Positions 1 through 12,289 of a stretch of DNA of 49,663 nucleotides are shown here, in pieces. The notes below the pieces were generated by a model, which saw only the letters and a program-made list of their open reading frames with translations, was not told the DNA's origin and ran no database searches. Each line of letters starts with the position of its first letter. Within the stretch, counting starts at the first letter, position 1. Position numbers and translations under genes: made by a program. This DNA is from Chiloscyllium plagiosum (taxonomy: Eukaryota). Location of the stretch: the NCBI RefSeq assembly GCF_004010195.1, contig NC_057718.1, positions 74,940,117 to 74,989,779 of the forward strand, in the 5' to 3' direction.

Positions 1-1500
1 TTTTCGGAACGCTGATAGGGGAGGGGAGGGAAATATATCCCTGTTGGTGGGGTCCGTTTGGAGGTGGCGGAAATGACGACGGATGATACGATGTTTATGG
101 AGGTTGGTGGGGTGGTAGGTGAGGACCAGTGGGGTTCTGTCCTGGTGGCGGTTGGAGGGACGGGGCTCAAGGGCAGAGGAGAGAGAAGTGGAGGAGATGC
201 GGTGGAGGCATCGTTGATCACGTCTGGGGGGAAATTGCGGTCTTTGAAGAAGGAGGCCAGCTGGGTTGTACAGTATTGGAACTGGTCCTCCTGGGAGCAG
301 ATGTGGCGGAGACGAAGGAATTGGGAATATGGGATGGCATCTTTAGAAGGGGCAGGGTGGGAAGAGGTGTAGTCTAGGTAGCTGAGGGAGTTGGTCGGTT
401 TATAGTAAATTTCCGTGTTGATTCGGTCACAGAGAGAGAAATGGAGAGGTCTAGGAAGGGGAGGGAAGAGTCTGAGACGGTCCAGGTAAATTTGAGGTCG
501 GGGTGGAAGGTGTTGGTAAAATGGATGAACTGTTCAACCTCCTCATGGGAGCACGAGACAGCGCCGATACAGTCATCAATGTAGCGGAGGAAAAGGTGGG
601 GGGACTATGAGGTTGGAAGCGGTGGATGGGAGATCCCCTGAGGTGATGAGGTTATGGATGGTCTGGGACATGATGGTTTGGTGGTGGAAGGTGGGGTCAT
701 GGTCAAGAGGGCAGTAGGAGGAGGTGTCCGCAAGCTGGCGTTTAGCCTCAGCGGTGTAAAGGTTGGTGCGACAAACTACCACTGCGCCTCCCTTGTCTGC
801 TGGTTTGATAGTGAGGTTGGGGTTGGAACGGAGGGAGTGGAGGGCTGCATGTTCCGAGGTTGGAGTGGGTGAAAGGGGTGGAGATGTTGAGGCGGTTAAT
901 GTCGCGGCGGCAGCTGGCTATGAAGAGATCGAGGGTGGGTAAGAGGCCAGCACGGGGTGTCCAGGTGGATGGGGTGTGTTGGAGGTGGGAGAAGGGGTCG
1001 TCAGAAGTTGGGCGGGAGTCCTGGTTGAAAAAGTAGGCGTGGAGGCGAAGGCGGCGGAAGAATTGTTCAATGTCTCACCGCGTGTTGAACTCGTTAATCC
1101 GAGAGCGTAGGGGAATGAAGGTGAGGCCTCTGCCGAGGACTGATCTTTCATCCTCAGAGAGGGGTAGCTCTGGAGGGATGGTGAAAATACGGCAGGGCTG
1201 GGAGCTAGAACCTAGGACCTGGTGTGGGGCTGGAGCTGGGAGTAAGAGCGGGGTTAGGCGTGGGGGTGGGAATCGGGGCGGGGACGGAGATCGGAGCAGG
1301 GGCGGGGTTCGGCGTGCGGACGAAGATCGGTGTGGGGGCGGGGTTAAGCGTGGTGATGGAGGTCGGCATGTGGGCAGAGACGCATGCGGTGTGGTCGATA
1401 TGCAGGTGAGTGATGGCACTGGGGGCGGAAGTGGCTGCAGCGACGGCAGAAACGATGTTGTTCCCGATAGCCGTGGACTAAGGTTGCTGTCTCATTTGAG
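1..1500 (-). mobile_element. Penelope-like retroelement, reverse-transcriptase region (internally deleted, runs off the window start)
   Basis: Minus-strand translations: IFTIPPELPLSEDERSVLGRGLTFIP; KGGAVVVCRTNLYTAEAKRQLAD; catalytic HLFLRYIDDCIG...FHPDLKFTWTVSDSSLPFLDLSI (~440-600); PYSQFLRLRHICS (~290-335). All are typical PLE RT motifs. Confidence 0.9.
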
Positions 1501-1582
1501 AGAGATGATTGGTGATTGTTTAACTTGCAGATTGCCATACTTCAGGTGAAGTGAGTGATCTTTCGTGGTAAATTTACCTAAT

Positions 1583-1647
1583 GCAGGAATTGAACCTGCA
1601 TTTTTGGTATCACACTGCATTGCAATCAAGCCAACTGAGCTAACTGA
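1583..1647 (-). mobile_element. tRNA-derived SINE head fragment
   Basis: Reverse complement shows A-box TAGCTCAGTTGG and B-box GGTTCAATTCC with no intact cloverleaf. Confidence 0.55.
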
Positions 1648-1694
1648 AAGAGTATCAGGGAATCAGATGGATGTACCTAAGTACAAGTAAACTG

Positions 1695-1850
1695 TGTGGC
1701 CTGCTCCAAAATAATCATCTCTCTAAGAGTGTCACAGGTTTGCTGTATTTTTAATGCCCTTATCCACCTATCAAAATTACTTTGTTTGATCCTTTCAAAC
1801 TCAATGTAAGTTTGACCAGGTTCCCTTCTTAGACTTCTGAAATGACACAA
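1695..1850 (-). mobile_element. Gypsy (Gmr1-like) gag fragment with SCAN-like domain
   Basis: FRSLRREPGQTYIEFERIKQSNFDRWIRALKIQQTCDTLREMIILEQ resembles the SCAN/capsid C-terminal domain (FR...PG....RW...LE). Confidence 0.65.
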
Positions 1851-2149
1851 GCTCATATGCATTAAATGGCATTCATCGTCACACAACGAACCACAGCCAT
1901 CTCTTCTAGACTAAATATTTTCTTCCGTTGTAACCCTGTACCTGAAATGATGCTGATGATGACCCTCAGCCCCTGTCTTAGTACAGTGCTGTAACTCCAC
2001 AAACTCAGAAATCCTTTACAGTGTTCAAATTTATGTACTATTTCATTAAAATATTTGACTTTAACATTTACTTAGATTGTGCTTTCATTTGTGTTAGGCT
2101 AACTGCTATTTTTGTTTTGATTTTTACTGATAGTTTTGGTGGTCCACCT

Positions 2150-2362
2150 CAACTCAGATTACAGTGGGATCTTGATCAGATGGGCCAATGGGCTGAGGAG
2201 TAGCAGATGGAGTTTAATTTAGATAAATGTGAGGTGCTGCATTTTGGGAAAGCAAATTTTAGCAGGACTTTCACACTTAATGGTAAGATCTTAGGGAGTG
2301 TTGCTGAATAAAGAGACCTTGGAGTGCAGGTTCATAGCTCCTTGAAAGTAGACTCGCAGGTA
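2150..2362 (+). mobile_element. CR1 LINE ORF2 fragment, followed by a PLE family-A terminus fragment (~2366-2413)
   Basis: LRLQWDLDQMGQWAEE*QMEFNLDKCEVLHFG is a typical CR1 post-RT segment. AGCAACACATTTTCAGCTCTGATCTCC matches the PLE terminus. Confidence 0.8.
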
Positions 2363-3617
2363 GACAGCAACACATTTTCAGCTCTGATCTCCATCATTTG
2401 CAGTCCTCACTTTTTACCCTACCACAGATCCTCCATCTCACTTTCTATGCTGCATTACTCCAAGAGCTCATTTTTGCCCATCCCTAAGGTGAAACCTTGC
2501 TACACCTGCCCTTAAGCTCTGCGAGTACACTTTAATGATGTTCACCCTGTTCTTCTGTGAAGGGTTTGGGGGGTGCTCATTATCAACAATCCCCCTCCTG
2601 TTGCCTATTATGCCCTCCAATGCTGTTCCATGTTACCGTTTACATCCTGACCTCCCTCCATCACCCTCCTTGTTCCTACCTACACAAAAATCTGCTTTCC
2701 CCCAAGACTCGATTCCCTGCACCTGTTGGCAATGATCCTTACTGTCCTTGCAGGCCTTCACCCTTGCAAGCTCCTTAACAATTAACAAACGAACACCCCA
2801 CACAATTCACTCCAGACCTCTGACTGACTTCAAACAGCAGCCCTCAAACAATGACTGACCAGTTTCTGATTGTTGTCTTTTCAACTCCCCAGCTGACTTT
2901 GCTTCCCTGACTCCTGCTGCTGTTGGCTGTTATCTGTTGTCTGTGTTTTGTACACTTTAACTAATGTATGGATTAAAATTTATTTATCCAAGCACACTTG
3001 TCGGTGAGGTGGACAAACAACAGAATTCAGTTTGCGGTTCAACTTAATTTTATTAACAACACATGCCTTACTAAAAACAAAGTATAAGCATTTCCAAAAT
3101 TCCCACAGTATTTATTCTGTCTAGCTCTATCAATTTGAGAAAGGATATTACCTGCCAGGATCCACACATTTGAGCTGGGCTGTTGAAATCTCCTTCCTCT
3201 CTTTCATGAAAGTAGGGTTCTCAATCAGGATGGATCTTCTCCCGAGTCTTCTTGGGTTGTCACATAGTGTCCTGCCATGAGTCTTGCTGTGAGTGTTCCC
3301 TGTGAGATTTTGCTGAGGGGGTGACTTCTAAGTGTGTGCTTTTATTCACCCCTATGCCTCCTCCCCCCGCCACCCCCACCTTACCCTGGAACTTCCAGAA
3401 TCCTCTGTGGTCTTTGGCCAATGGGATCTTGTTCTGGGTTCAAATCATCCAATTGGGTCGGGCCAACAGCCTTCACTGTTGCCATGCCGGGACGTGTCAA
3501 ATGCACATACTCTGGCAATCAAGGTGCCAGAACGTCTGGTTGAACGTTCACGATACACAACAATCAGGTTGATTGTAACTGCTTCCCCTCAGACCTTCAG
3601 AGTCATATTGTCATCGA

Positions 3618-4175
3618 GATTAGATTAAATTCCCTACTGTGTGGAAACAGGCCCTTCGGCCCAACCAGTCCACACCGACCCTCCAAAGAATAATCCACCC
3701 TGATCCATTTCCCTCTGACTGCTGCACCTAACTTTATGGGCAATTTATCAGATTAGATTACTAATTGTGGAAACAGGCCCTTTGGCCCAACAAGTCCACA
3801 CCGCCCCGCCGAAGCGCAACCCATTCATACCATCTTTGGACTGTGGGAGGAAACCGGAGCACCCAGAGGAAACCCACGCAGACACGGGGAGAACGTGCAA
3901 ACTCCACACAGTCAGTCGCCTGAGGCGGGAATTGAACCCGGGTCTCTGGCGCTGTGAGGCAGCAGTGCTAACCATTGTGCCACCGTGCCGCCCACTAGCA
4001 TGGCCAATTCATCTAACCTGCACATCTTTGGACTGTGGGAGGAAACCGGAGCACCCAGAGGAAACCCACACAGACACAGGGAGAATGTGTAAACTCCATA
4101 CAGTCGACCGAGACTGGAATCAAACCTGGGACCCTGGTGCTGTGAGGCAGCAGTGCTAACCACTGTGCCCCCCAC
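3618..4175 (-). mobile_element. Cluster of nested HE1-like V-SINEs (tail 3618-3747; copies ~3748-3992 and ~3996-4175)
   Basis: tRNA-like head (GGTGGCACAGTGGTTAGCA...GGTTCAATTCC), V-domain (GTGGAGTTTGCACGTTCTCCCCGTG...GGTTTCCTCCCACAG), CR1-like tail with (TCTAA)n. Confidence 0.88.
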
Positions 4176-4811
4176 TGTACAGCATGGAAACAGACCCTTC
4201 AGTCCAACGCATCCATGCCGACCAGAAATCCCTACCCAATCTAGTCCCACCTGCCAGCACCCGGTCCATATCCCTCCAAACCTTTCCTATTCATCCAACC
4301 ATCCAAATGCCTTTTAAATGTTACAATTGTACCAGCCTCCACCACTTCCTCTGGCAGCTCATTCCATGCAAGTATGAAAACATTGTCCCTTAGGTCTTTT
4401 TTATACCTTTCATCTCTCACCCTAAACCTATGCCCTCTAGTTCTGGACTCCCTGACGCCAGGGAAAAGACTTTGTCTATTTATCCTTTCCATGCCCCTCA
4501 TAATTTTATAAACCTCTATAAGGTCACCCCTCAGCCTCCGACACTCCAGAGAAAACAGCCCCAGCCTACTCAGCCTCTCCCTATAGCTCAAATCCTCTAA
4601 CCCTGGCAACAACCTTGTAAATCTTTTCTGAACCCTTTCAAGTTTCACAACATCTTTCCAATAGGAAGGAGACTAGAAATGCATGCAATATTCCAACAGT
4701 GGCCTAACCAATGTCCTGTACAGCCGCAGCATGACCTCCTAACTCCTGTATTCAATACTTTGACAAATAAAGGAAAGCATACCAAACGCCTTCTTCACTA
4801 TCCTATCTACC

Positions 4812-5117
4812 TTAGATTAGATTAGATTACTTACAGTGTGGAAACAGGCCCTTCGGCCCAACAAGTCCACACCGCCGAAGCGCAACCCACCCATACCCCT
4901 ACAGTTACCCCTTCACCTAACACTACGGGCAATTTAGCATGGCCAATTCACCTGACCTGCACATCTTTGTGACTGTGGGAGGAAACCGGAGCACCCGGAG
5001 GAAACCCACGCAGACACGGGGAGAATGTGCAAACTCCACACAGTCAGTCGCCTGAGGCAGGAAATGAACCCAGGTCCCTGGCGCTGTGAGGCAGCAGTGC
5101 TAACCACTGTGCCACTG
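4812..5117 (-). mobile_element. HE1-like V-SINE inserted in CR1
   Basis: Full head, V-domain and tail with (TTAGA)n. Confidence 0.9.
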
Positions 5118-5745
5118 TACCTGCGACTCCACTTTCAAGGAGCTATGAACCTGTACTCCAAAGTCTCTTTGTTCAGCAACACTCCCTAGGATCTTACCAT
5201 TAAGTCCTGCTAAGATTTGCTTTCCCAAAATGCAGCACCTCGCATTTATCTGAATTAAACTCCATCTGCCACTTCTCAGCCATCTGAGGTAACCTTCTTC
5301 ACTGTCCACTACACCTCCAATTTTGGTGTCATCTGCAAACTTACTAACTATAAATCTTATGTTCACATCCAAATCATTTATAGAAATGTCAAAAAGTCAA
5401 GGACCCATCTCCAATCCTTGTGACAGTCCACTGGTCACAGGCCTCCAGTCGGAAAAACAACCTTCCACCACCACCATCCTCTGTCTTCTACCTTTGAGCC
5501 AGTTCTGTATCCAAATGGCTAGCTCTCCTTGTATTCTGTGAGATCTAACCTTGCTAACCAGTCTCCACAGGGAACCTTGTTGAACGCCTTGTTGAACCTT
5601 GTTGATCCGTATAGATCACATCTACCTCTCTGCCCTCATCTTTGTTACTTCTTCAAAAAACTCAATCAAGTTTGTGAGACGTGATTTCCCACACACAAAG
5701 CCATGTTGACTACCCCTAATCAGTCTTTGTCTTTCCAAATATATG

Positions 5746-5948
5746 AGGAGAAAGTGAGGTCTGCAGATGCTGGAGATCAGAGCTGGAAATGTGTTGCTGG
5801 AAAAGCGCAGCAGGTCAGGCAGCATCCAGGGAACAGGAGAATCGACGTTTCGGGCATAAGCCCTTCTTCTGCATTCCTGAAGAAGGGCTTATGCCCGAAA
5901 CGTCGATTCTCCTGTTCCTTGGATGCTGCCTGACCTGCTGCGCTTTTC
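5746..5948. mobile_element. Palindromic PLE family-A mini-element with hammerhead motif
   Basis: 71-bp inverted arms at 5799-5869 and 5879-5949. 15-bp TSD CTTTCCAAATATATG at 5731-5745 and 5949-5963. Confidence 0.88.
5873..5908 (+). ncRNA. Minimal type-I hammerhead ribozyme motif (family A)
   Basis: CTGAAGA-A-GGGC[TTAT]GCCC-GAA-ACGT-C: catalytic core, stem II, palindromic ACGT helix III. Predicted GUC cleavage after 5904. Confidence 0.75.
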
Positions 5949-6035
5949 CTTTCCAAATATATGTACATCCTGTCCCTCAGGATTCCCTCCAACAACTTGC
6001 CCACCACTACCGACGTCAGGCTCACTGGTCTATAG

Positions 6036-6146
6036 TGGAGAAAGTGAGGACTGCATTCCTGAAGAAGGGCTTATGTCCGAAACGTCGATTCTCCTGTTCC
6101 TTGGATGCTGCCTGACCTGCTGCGCTTTTCCAGCAACACATTTTCA
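6036..6146 (+). mobile_element. PLE family-A mini-element with hammerhead motif (core at 6059)
   Basis: Inverted terminal stub plus CTGAAGAAGGGCTTATGTCCGAAACGTC. TSD TCACTGGTCTAT at 6022-6033 and 6147-6158. Confidence 0.85.
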
Positions 6147-7084
6147 TCACTGGTCTATGGTGCTTGTCTTTACCGCCCTTCTTAAATGGTGGCACCACAT
6201 TAGCCAACCTTCAGTCTTCCGGCACCTCACCTGTGACTATCAATGATACAAATATCTCAGCAAGAGGCCCAGCAATCACTTCTCTCACTTCCCACAGAGT
6301 TCTAGGTCCATCTGATCAGGTCCTGGCGATTTTACCACCTTTATGCATTTCAAGAATCTTGCAGTTCCTTCTCTATAATCTGGGCATTTTGCGAGATGTC
6401 ACCATCTATTTCTCTACAGTCTATATCTTCCATATCCTTTTCTACAGTAAATACTGATGCAAAATACTTGTTTTGTATCTCTCTCATTTTCTCTGGCTCC
6501 ACACAAAGGCCACCTTGCTGATCTTTGAGGGGCCCTATTCTCTCCCTTTTGTCCTTAATATATTTGTAAGGATGCTGCCTGACCTGCTGTGCTTTTCCAG
6601 CACCACTCTGATCTAAACACTGAGACATCAGTTTAGCACCTATAGCAGCTGTTGGCTGCATGTATTTAACTAACTTACCATGTCAGAAACTAGATAGGGG
6701 GCAGCATCCGAGGAGCAAGAAAATCGATGTTTTGGGCAAAAGCCCTTCATCAGGAATAGAGGCAGGATGTCTCAGTGTGCCAAACAGCAAGATGCTGGCA
6801 CCTTGGACAGATTCCTCCTGAAAAGCATGGCAAGCAGCTTGTCTGGGTCTCTCTGAGAAAGAGCCTGCTAATACAGCTATGCTATAGTCTTTGGCTCTGT
6901 CAGAAGTGCTAATGTACTAGCTTGCATGATATGGCAGGCAAGACAAGGCATGGATGTTGAGAATATGCAGAAACTAAGTGAGCAGCCCTGAGCTGCAATC
7001 TGGCCCTTTCTGTAACTGGATGTCTATCCCTGTACACAGTGTCCTTGCAACAGGCTTTTAGTACTAGTCACTGGTGGACCTTGT

Positions 7085-7845
7085 GTGGTTCCTAGGTTTG
7101 TCTCCACATCCAACGCATCATCCATAAACAATTCTGCCAACTTCAATTAGACCCCAACACCAAGAACATCTTCCCCTCTCCATCCCTCTCTGCCAACCTT
7201 TCCCTTCGACAGACCTTGGTTTGTGCCATTCTTCCCCCTCCACACAGAGGTTCACCTGCCTCTCTTCCAACCTAGTTTACTGCATCTGGTGCTCCTGATG
7301 TGGCCTTCTCTACATCGCAGAGACCAAACTTAAACTTAGGGAATGGTTCACCGAGCATCGCAGCCGGACCTGCAGGGGCTGACCGGACCTCCCATCACCA
7401 CCCATTTTAATTCCCCTTCCCACTCCCCTTCCAACATGACCATCCTTGACCTCCTCTATTGCCTCAATGAACCTCACCACAGATTGGAGGAACAACACCA
7501 CATCTTCTGCCTGGGCAACCTCCAGCCCAGAGGACTCAACATTGAGTTCTTCAATTTCAAATAAACTCCCTTCCCATCCCCTGACTCCCTTCCCAGCTCC
7601 TCCCCCTCCCTTCCACTGCTCCCTGCCACCAACTGGATTCATTCTTCCTATTGACCCAACCAAGTCATACCCTCTACCTGTCTTCACCTATCCCCACTTC
7701 ACCACCCCGCCCCTGGCACCCCCTTTATCTGCAGCTCCCCGTACACCCATGCCCATCCTGAAGAAGGGTTACAACTGAAAAGTTGACTTATCCACCTCCT
7801 CATGCTGCCTGGCCTGCTGTGTTCTTCCAGCCTCCTGTCTGTCTA
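7085..7845 (+). mobile_element. PLE 3' end: decayed GIY-YIG endonuclease, pyrimidine-rich UTR, decayed hammerhead (7758)
   Basis: FTCLSSNLVYCIWCS*CGLLYIAETKLKLREWFTEH...HFNSPSHS...RLEEQHHIFCLGNLQPRGLNIEF. Confidence 0.85.
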
Positions 7846-8399
7846 CAGTCATTCCTAAGTGGCCTGCAAGAGAATCCAAGAGGTGCCTTGATTGTCCTGA
7901 GTAGATGATAAGTGCTGAATGTTAATGTCTATGGATGAAGGCATTGCACAACTGATAGGAATTGTGCCCTGAGATGTTGCTTGGGTGCTGAGCACATGGA
8001 ATGTTTGCACAACCAGACTCAAGCTGAAGCCACCAGATTCCCAACCTGACTCCATGTCAATAATTTTTGACGTCTGACTTGTTTGACATGTTTGGTAAAA
8101 TAGGAAATGGAATATTAATGAGGCAATGAGTGTTATTAATGAGGCACTTAACATGTAATAATCCCCCTTAATTGACAGATTGCCACTGCCTTGTGAGAAA
8201 ACCACTGCACCTCTCTGCAAATGCATAAGAGGTGGAACAAAATGCTCTTGATCTCAAGATAGACGTTCCTGGACTTGTCCAATTCTGCCCCAAATGTCAT
8301 ATAACCCAAACTGCTCCCATCCCTCTTAAATTCCACCCAAGGTGTTAGTGTTGGTATCTGCTTCTGTAAAGCCATTAAAAGAAATGTTTATTGGACACT

Positions 8400-9232
8400 G
8401 ATTTGGTTTGATTTGATTTATTATTGTCACATGTATCGAGATACAGTGAAAAGTATTATTTTGCTCGCTAACCAGACATAGCATACCTTACATAACTATA
8501 TTAGAGTAATAGAACAGAGTGCAGAATATAATGTTACAGCTATAGAAAAGGAGCGAGAAAGATCAACTCTAATATATGTGAGGTCCATTCATTACAGTGG
8601 GGAGAAGATGCCCATGAATCTGTTGGTACATATTTTCAAATATTTTTATCTTCTGCCCAATGGGAGAGGATAGTAGAGAATATAATCGGGATGGGAGGGG
8701 TCTTTGATGATGTTGGCTGCTTTCATGAGGAAGTGTAGACAGAGTCAATGAAAGGAAGGCTAGTTTGCCTGATGGACTAGGCTGCGTTCACAACTCTCTG
8801 TAATTTATTGCGGTCTTGGTCAGACCAGTTGCAATACCAAGCTGTGATGCATCCACATAGGATGCTTTCTATGGTACATCTATAAAAATTGGTAAAAGTC
8901 ATTGCGGACATACTGATTTTCCTTCGTCTTCTGAGGAAGTAGAGGTGTTTGGTGTGCTTTCCAGAATATAGCATCAATGTGGATGGGTCAGGACTGTTCA
9001 TTGGTCATATTTACTCATAGGAACTTGAAGTTCTCAATCACCTCCACCTCAGTATCATTGGTACAGACAGGGGTGTGTCCTCCATTCTGCTTCCTGAAGT
9101 TGATGATCAACTCTTTCATTTTCCTGACTTAAAGGAGATATTGTTATCTTTACACCATGCACTAAGCATGTACTCTGCCTCATCGTTGTTTGTGAGCCGA
9201 ACTACTATGGTGGTGTCATCAGCAAATATGTA
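8400..9232 (-). mobile_element. Rex1/Babar LINE 3' end
   Basis: FADDTT RT motif; LYFLRRRRKISMSAMTFTNFYRCTIESILCGCITAWYCN...KLQRVV; tail ...GTGACAATAATAAATCAAATCAAA. Confidence 0.85.
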
Positions 9233-9965
9233 AATGGACCTTATCAAAAAGAAACTCAGTGATGTGAATTATGTAGTGAGTAGTCCAGACAAGAGAAAGA
9301 ACCTGCAAGTAGTCATATTAATATATTAAGATGTTATTTTGACAGGAATAATAGTCAGGATAAAATGTGTATTTTCAACACTGAAAGAAATAGACTGTGA
9401 AATAGAAACATTTGAGAAATCAGATAATGAATAAGAAATAGCAAATTCAAAAGTTGACCTTCCAACAATCAGGTTGACAAAAAAACACTAGCTATCGTCA
9501 TGTTTTATCTTCCAAAAATTATTGAGTAACTTACAAGGGCTATTATAGACAACATGTGGGAATAGGCCATGAAAAATGTTTTTGACTGTTCATGATGTTA
9601 GTGTGGGAGATAAGTTAGCTGTAGAGCAACAACCTTAGAAAATCAATCCAGAGAGATATCCTCAAGTGATAGAAGATTAATTTCATTTTTGACAAAGACA
9701 TTATTGAACGTTGCCATAGTAGCAGGAGCTTACCTATTATAACAATGCTGAAACTGAATGGTTGACAAAGATTCTGTTTTGACTACTACAAGGCTAATGT
9801 GGTAACAAAAGCGGTTTCATATCTTATTCAGATATCGCAGGATTGCATTGAAAGGTTTACATGCGTGATTTGACAAATATCAAATTGGTAAAAGGATATT
9901 GACAGGTTGTGCTAACTGAGAACAAAAGACACATCAGCTTTTGTCACACTGGATGAATTTTATCA
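9233..9965 (+). mobile_element. Decayed Gmr1-like Gypsy pol (integrase C-terminus followed by RT N-terminus)
   Basis: NGPY..KKLSDVNYVVSSPDKRK...HINIL..YFDR (GPY/F module), then VHDVSVGDKLAVEQQP*KINP...RFCFDYYKANVVTK...KGY*QV.LT. Confidence 0.7.
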
Positions 9966-11524
9966 GTGTGAAGTCATGCTGTTTAGAATTAAAGAGGTTT
10001 CCCTTCATCAGAACCCAACAGAGTTACCAGACTCAAGATGTTAACTCTGCTCTCTTCCTATGGATGCCAGACATGCTGAGTTTCTCTAGTAATTTCTGTT
10101 TACATTTCAGATCTTCAGCAATGGCAGTTCTCATTTTTTTGTCTTAATTGTGCGTAAGGGTTCTTTTGGAAATGTCTGTACTTGACCTTTTTCAAACTTA
10201 AGGGCAATATCCATAGTTTGAAAGTACAATTTTTTTTAAAAATCCAACTTCAGGCAATTCTGCTGAGGATCTTAGAGGATAATGGATGTGCAAAGCAGTA
10301 CTCCTGACAAATGGAGAAGGTAGTAAAAATAGATTCCCTTAGAACAAGGAGTTTAGTAATGGTTCCAGACCAGAAATGGTGAATAAAACCCTGAAGAAGT
10401 TATTTGAAACTGAGAATGTTTAAATTCAAATATATCTAAGCTCCGTGAAAAGGCTATCAGATTTTCTATTATGTTAAAAACACAGTTAAATTAAATCTAT
10501 TTTGGTTAGAGAAAGGGATTCTTTTCTACTAAGGATAGTACAACAGATACATTCTGAGTTCTTTAAAGTAGTACATTTGGAATTGTTAGAATTATAATTT
10601 ACTATGCATTTCAAGGTCTATAAACTTGTCATATGTGTAAAGAATTTGAGCTTGTTCCATCTTATCCTTAATTATTTTATGAAATAAATTTCTATTTCAT
10701 TGTGGAAACCAAATCGGCAACATTTTATGCTTGCATTTCAGTGACAGAACACTTCATTAAAATAAAAATAAACAAAATATGATCTATCAAGCCAGATTTC
10801 AGTCTGGGATTTGAATTGTTCAGTAATAATATCAACTCGGATCAAAACACAAGAAAATTGAGCAGCTGGTTGCTCATTGGCAGTCATGGGAATAGTAAAG
10901 TAACATATGTAATAAATTTCAGAAGTAATTGTTCGTAAATGTAATCAGAATGTCCTATACCACACTCGGATCAGAACTGTGCAAAATATGGAATTATATT
11001 GCTGGATAATAATGATTAAAATGTTCTCTTTGAATGACAGAATTCCAGCAAATTTTTAGAATTGCATCTTTTATAATTGCTCATAATGTAAACAATGTAG
11101 TGAGATATCATTCGCTTTGGATTCCTGCTCTCAAAATGTTTCATTTCTTTTATCCTCATGTCATTTAACAAGAGTTATTGATTTCTTCACAAACTCATGT
11201 TACTACTCTACCTTTGTCTCAGGTTTTAATGTAGGGTACTCACCTGTTGACAGGGAAAGTAAAGGCAAGAATTGTTGATATAATCTACTTCTTTTATACA
11301 TACAAAAGTATATCAAGAAAACTTGCTGTTGTTACAATCAATTTAATCTGTGGAAGTTGTAGTGATAATATTTGACAGGGATGGCAATTCAACAGTCTTA
11401 ACAATAAAGACTACATCATGTAAAAAGAGAAAGAGGTGAACAAGATTTGTTGTCCAGTGTTTCCAAGCAGTTTCTTTGAAAAAACTTGCATGTTATTTAT
11501 CTGATTGATATATGTTGTTGTTAG

Positions 11525-11650
11525 AGTCAAAGAAAAACTCTAGATGCTGGAATCCAAAGTAGACAAGCAGGAGGCTGGAAGAACACAGCAAGCCAGGCAG
11601 CATCAGGAGGTGGAGAAGTCAACATTTTGAGTATAACTCTTCTTCAGGAA
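11525..11650 (-). mobile_element. PLE terminus fragment with decayed hammerhead
   Basis: Reverse complement CTGAAGAAGAGTTATACTCAAAATGTTGAC followed by the same terminal sequence seen at 7780-7845. Confidence 0.7.
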
Positions 11651-12289
11651 AGGCACTGGGACACCAACACTGGGAGAAAGGATGGCCTGAACTGCATACA
11701 CTAGCAAAACAGCCAACTCAGTAATTTTACCAGAGACAGCCTCTGAATTAACCAAACACATATCATCTGTCCAATTAAGAATGACAGGCAGAGCCTTGAT
11801 GCTCCTGAACTAAACAAAGGACTGGCAAGTTGGAAGGCTTAGGAGACTTGCTGATAGAGGTGGTCTCTGTCAAGACAGGTAACATTGAAAACTGGGCCAG
11901 GTACATTTAAAGAAAATCAATACAGTGGTCTTACAGGGGAGAGGAAAACTCTTCAAGAAGGTTTTTGGGCCATGGAAGCTGCCTTCTTGCTGGAGGTCCC
12001 CTTCTGTGGGCATTGTGCTACTGGCTCCAATGGCATCTCAGGATGCTGCTTTGAGGGGACACATCTACTTTAGTGATTATTCAAGATAAAGGGGTGGGGA
12101 GATGTGTCAACCCACTGTCGATAAAATGCTAATGCTTCTGTAATGATGCTAATTAGCTGTACACTTTCTTGAAATTCCATATCAGTGTCACCACTAGTAA
12201 AATGCACAACAACAGGATCGTGTTGAGGAATCATCCCAATATGACGCCATACAATTTTACTGCTCACCTCCTCTTCCAGAAATGTATGC

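Larger units (their letters stand above)
4180..6570 (-). mobile_element. CR1 (HER1-like) LINE, 3' part of ORF2, decayed, with nested SINE and PLE mini-elements
   Basis: SKFADDTKIGGVV, QHGFVCGKSRLTNLIEFFEEVT, ANVVPPFKKGGK, LERVQKRFTRLLPGL...RRLRGDLIEVYKIM. Confidence 0.92.

Noticed and set aside
5731..6160. Repeat-spacer appearance suggesting a CRISPR array
   Set aside because: Vertebrate DNA. The repeats are dispersed or inverted retroelement ends with TSDs, with no regular spacing and no cas genes.
5777..6246. Recurrent peptides such as MCCWKSAAGQAASKEQENRRFGH on both strands
   Set aside because: Translation of the palindromic PLE terminus, not a protein family.
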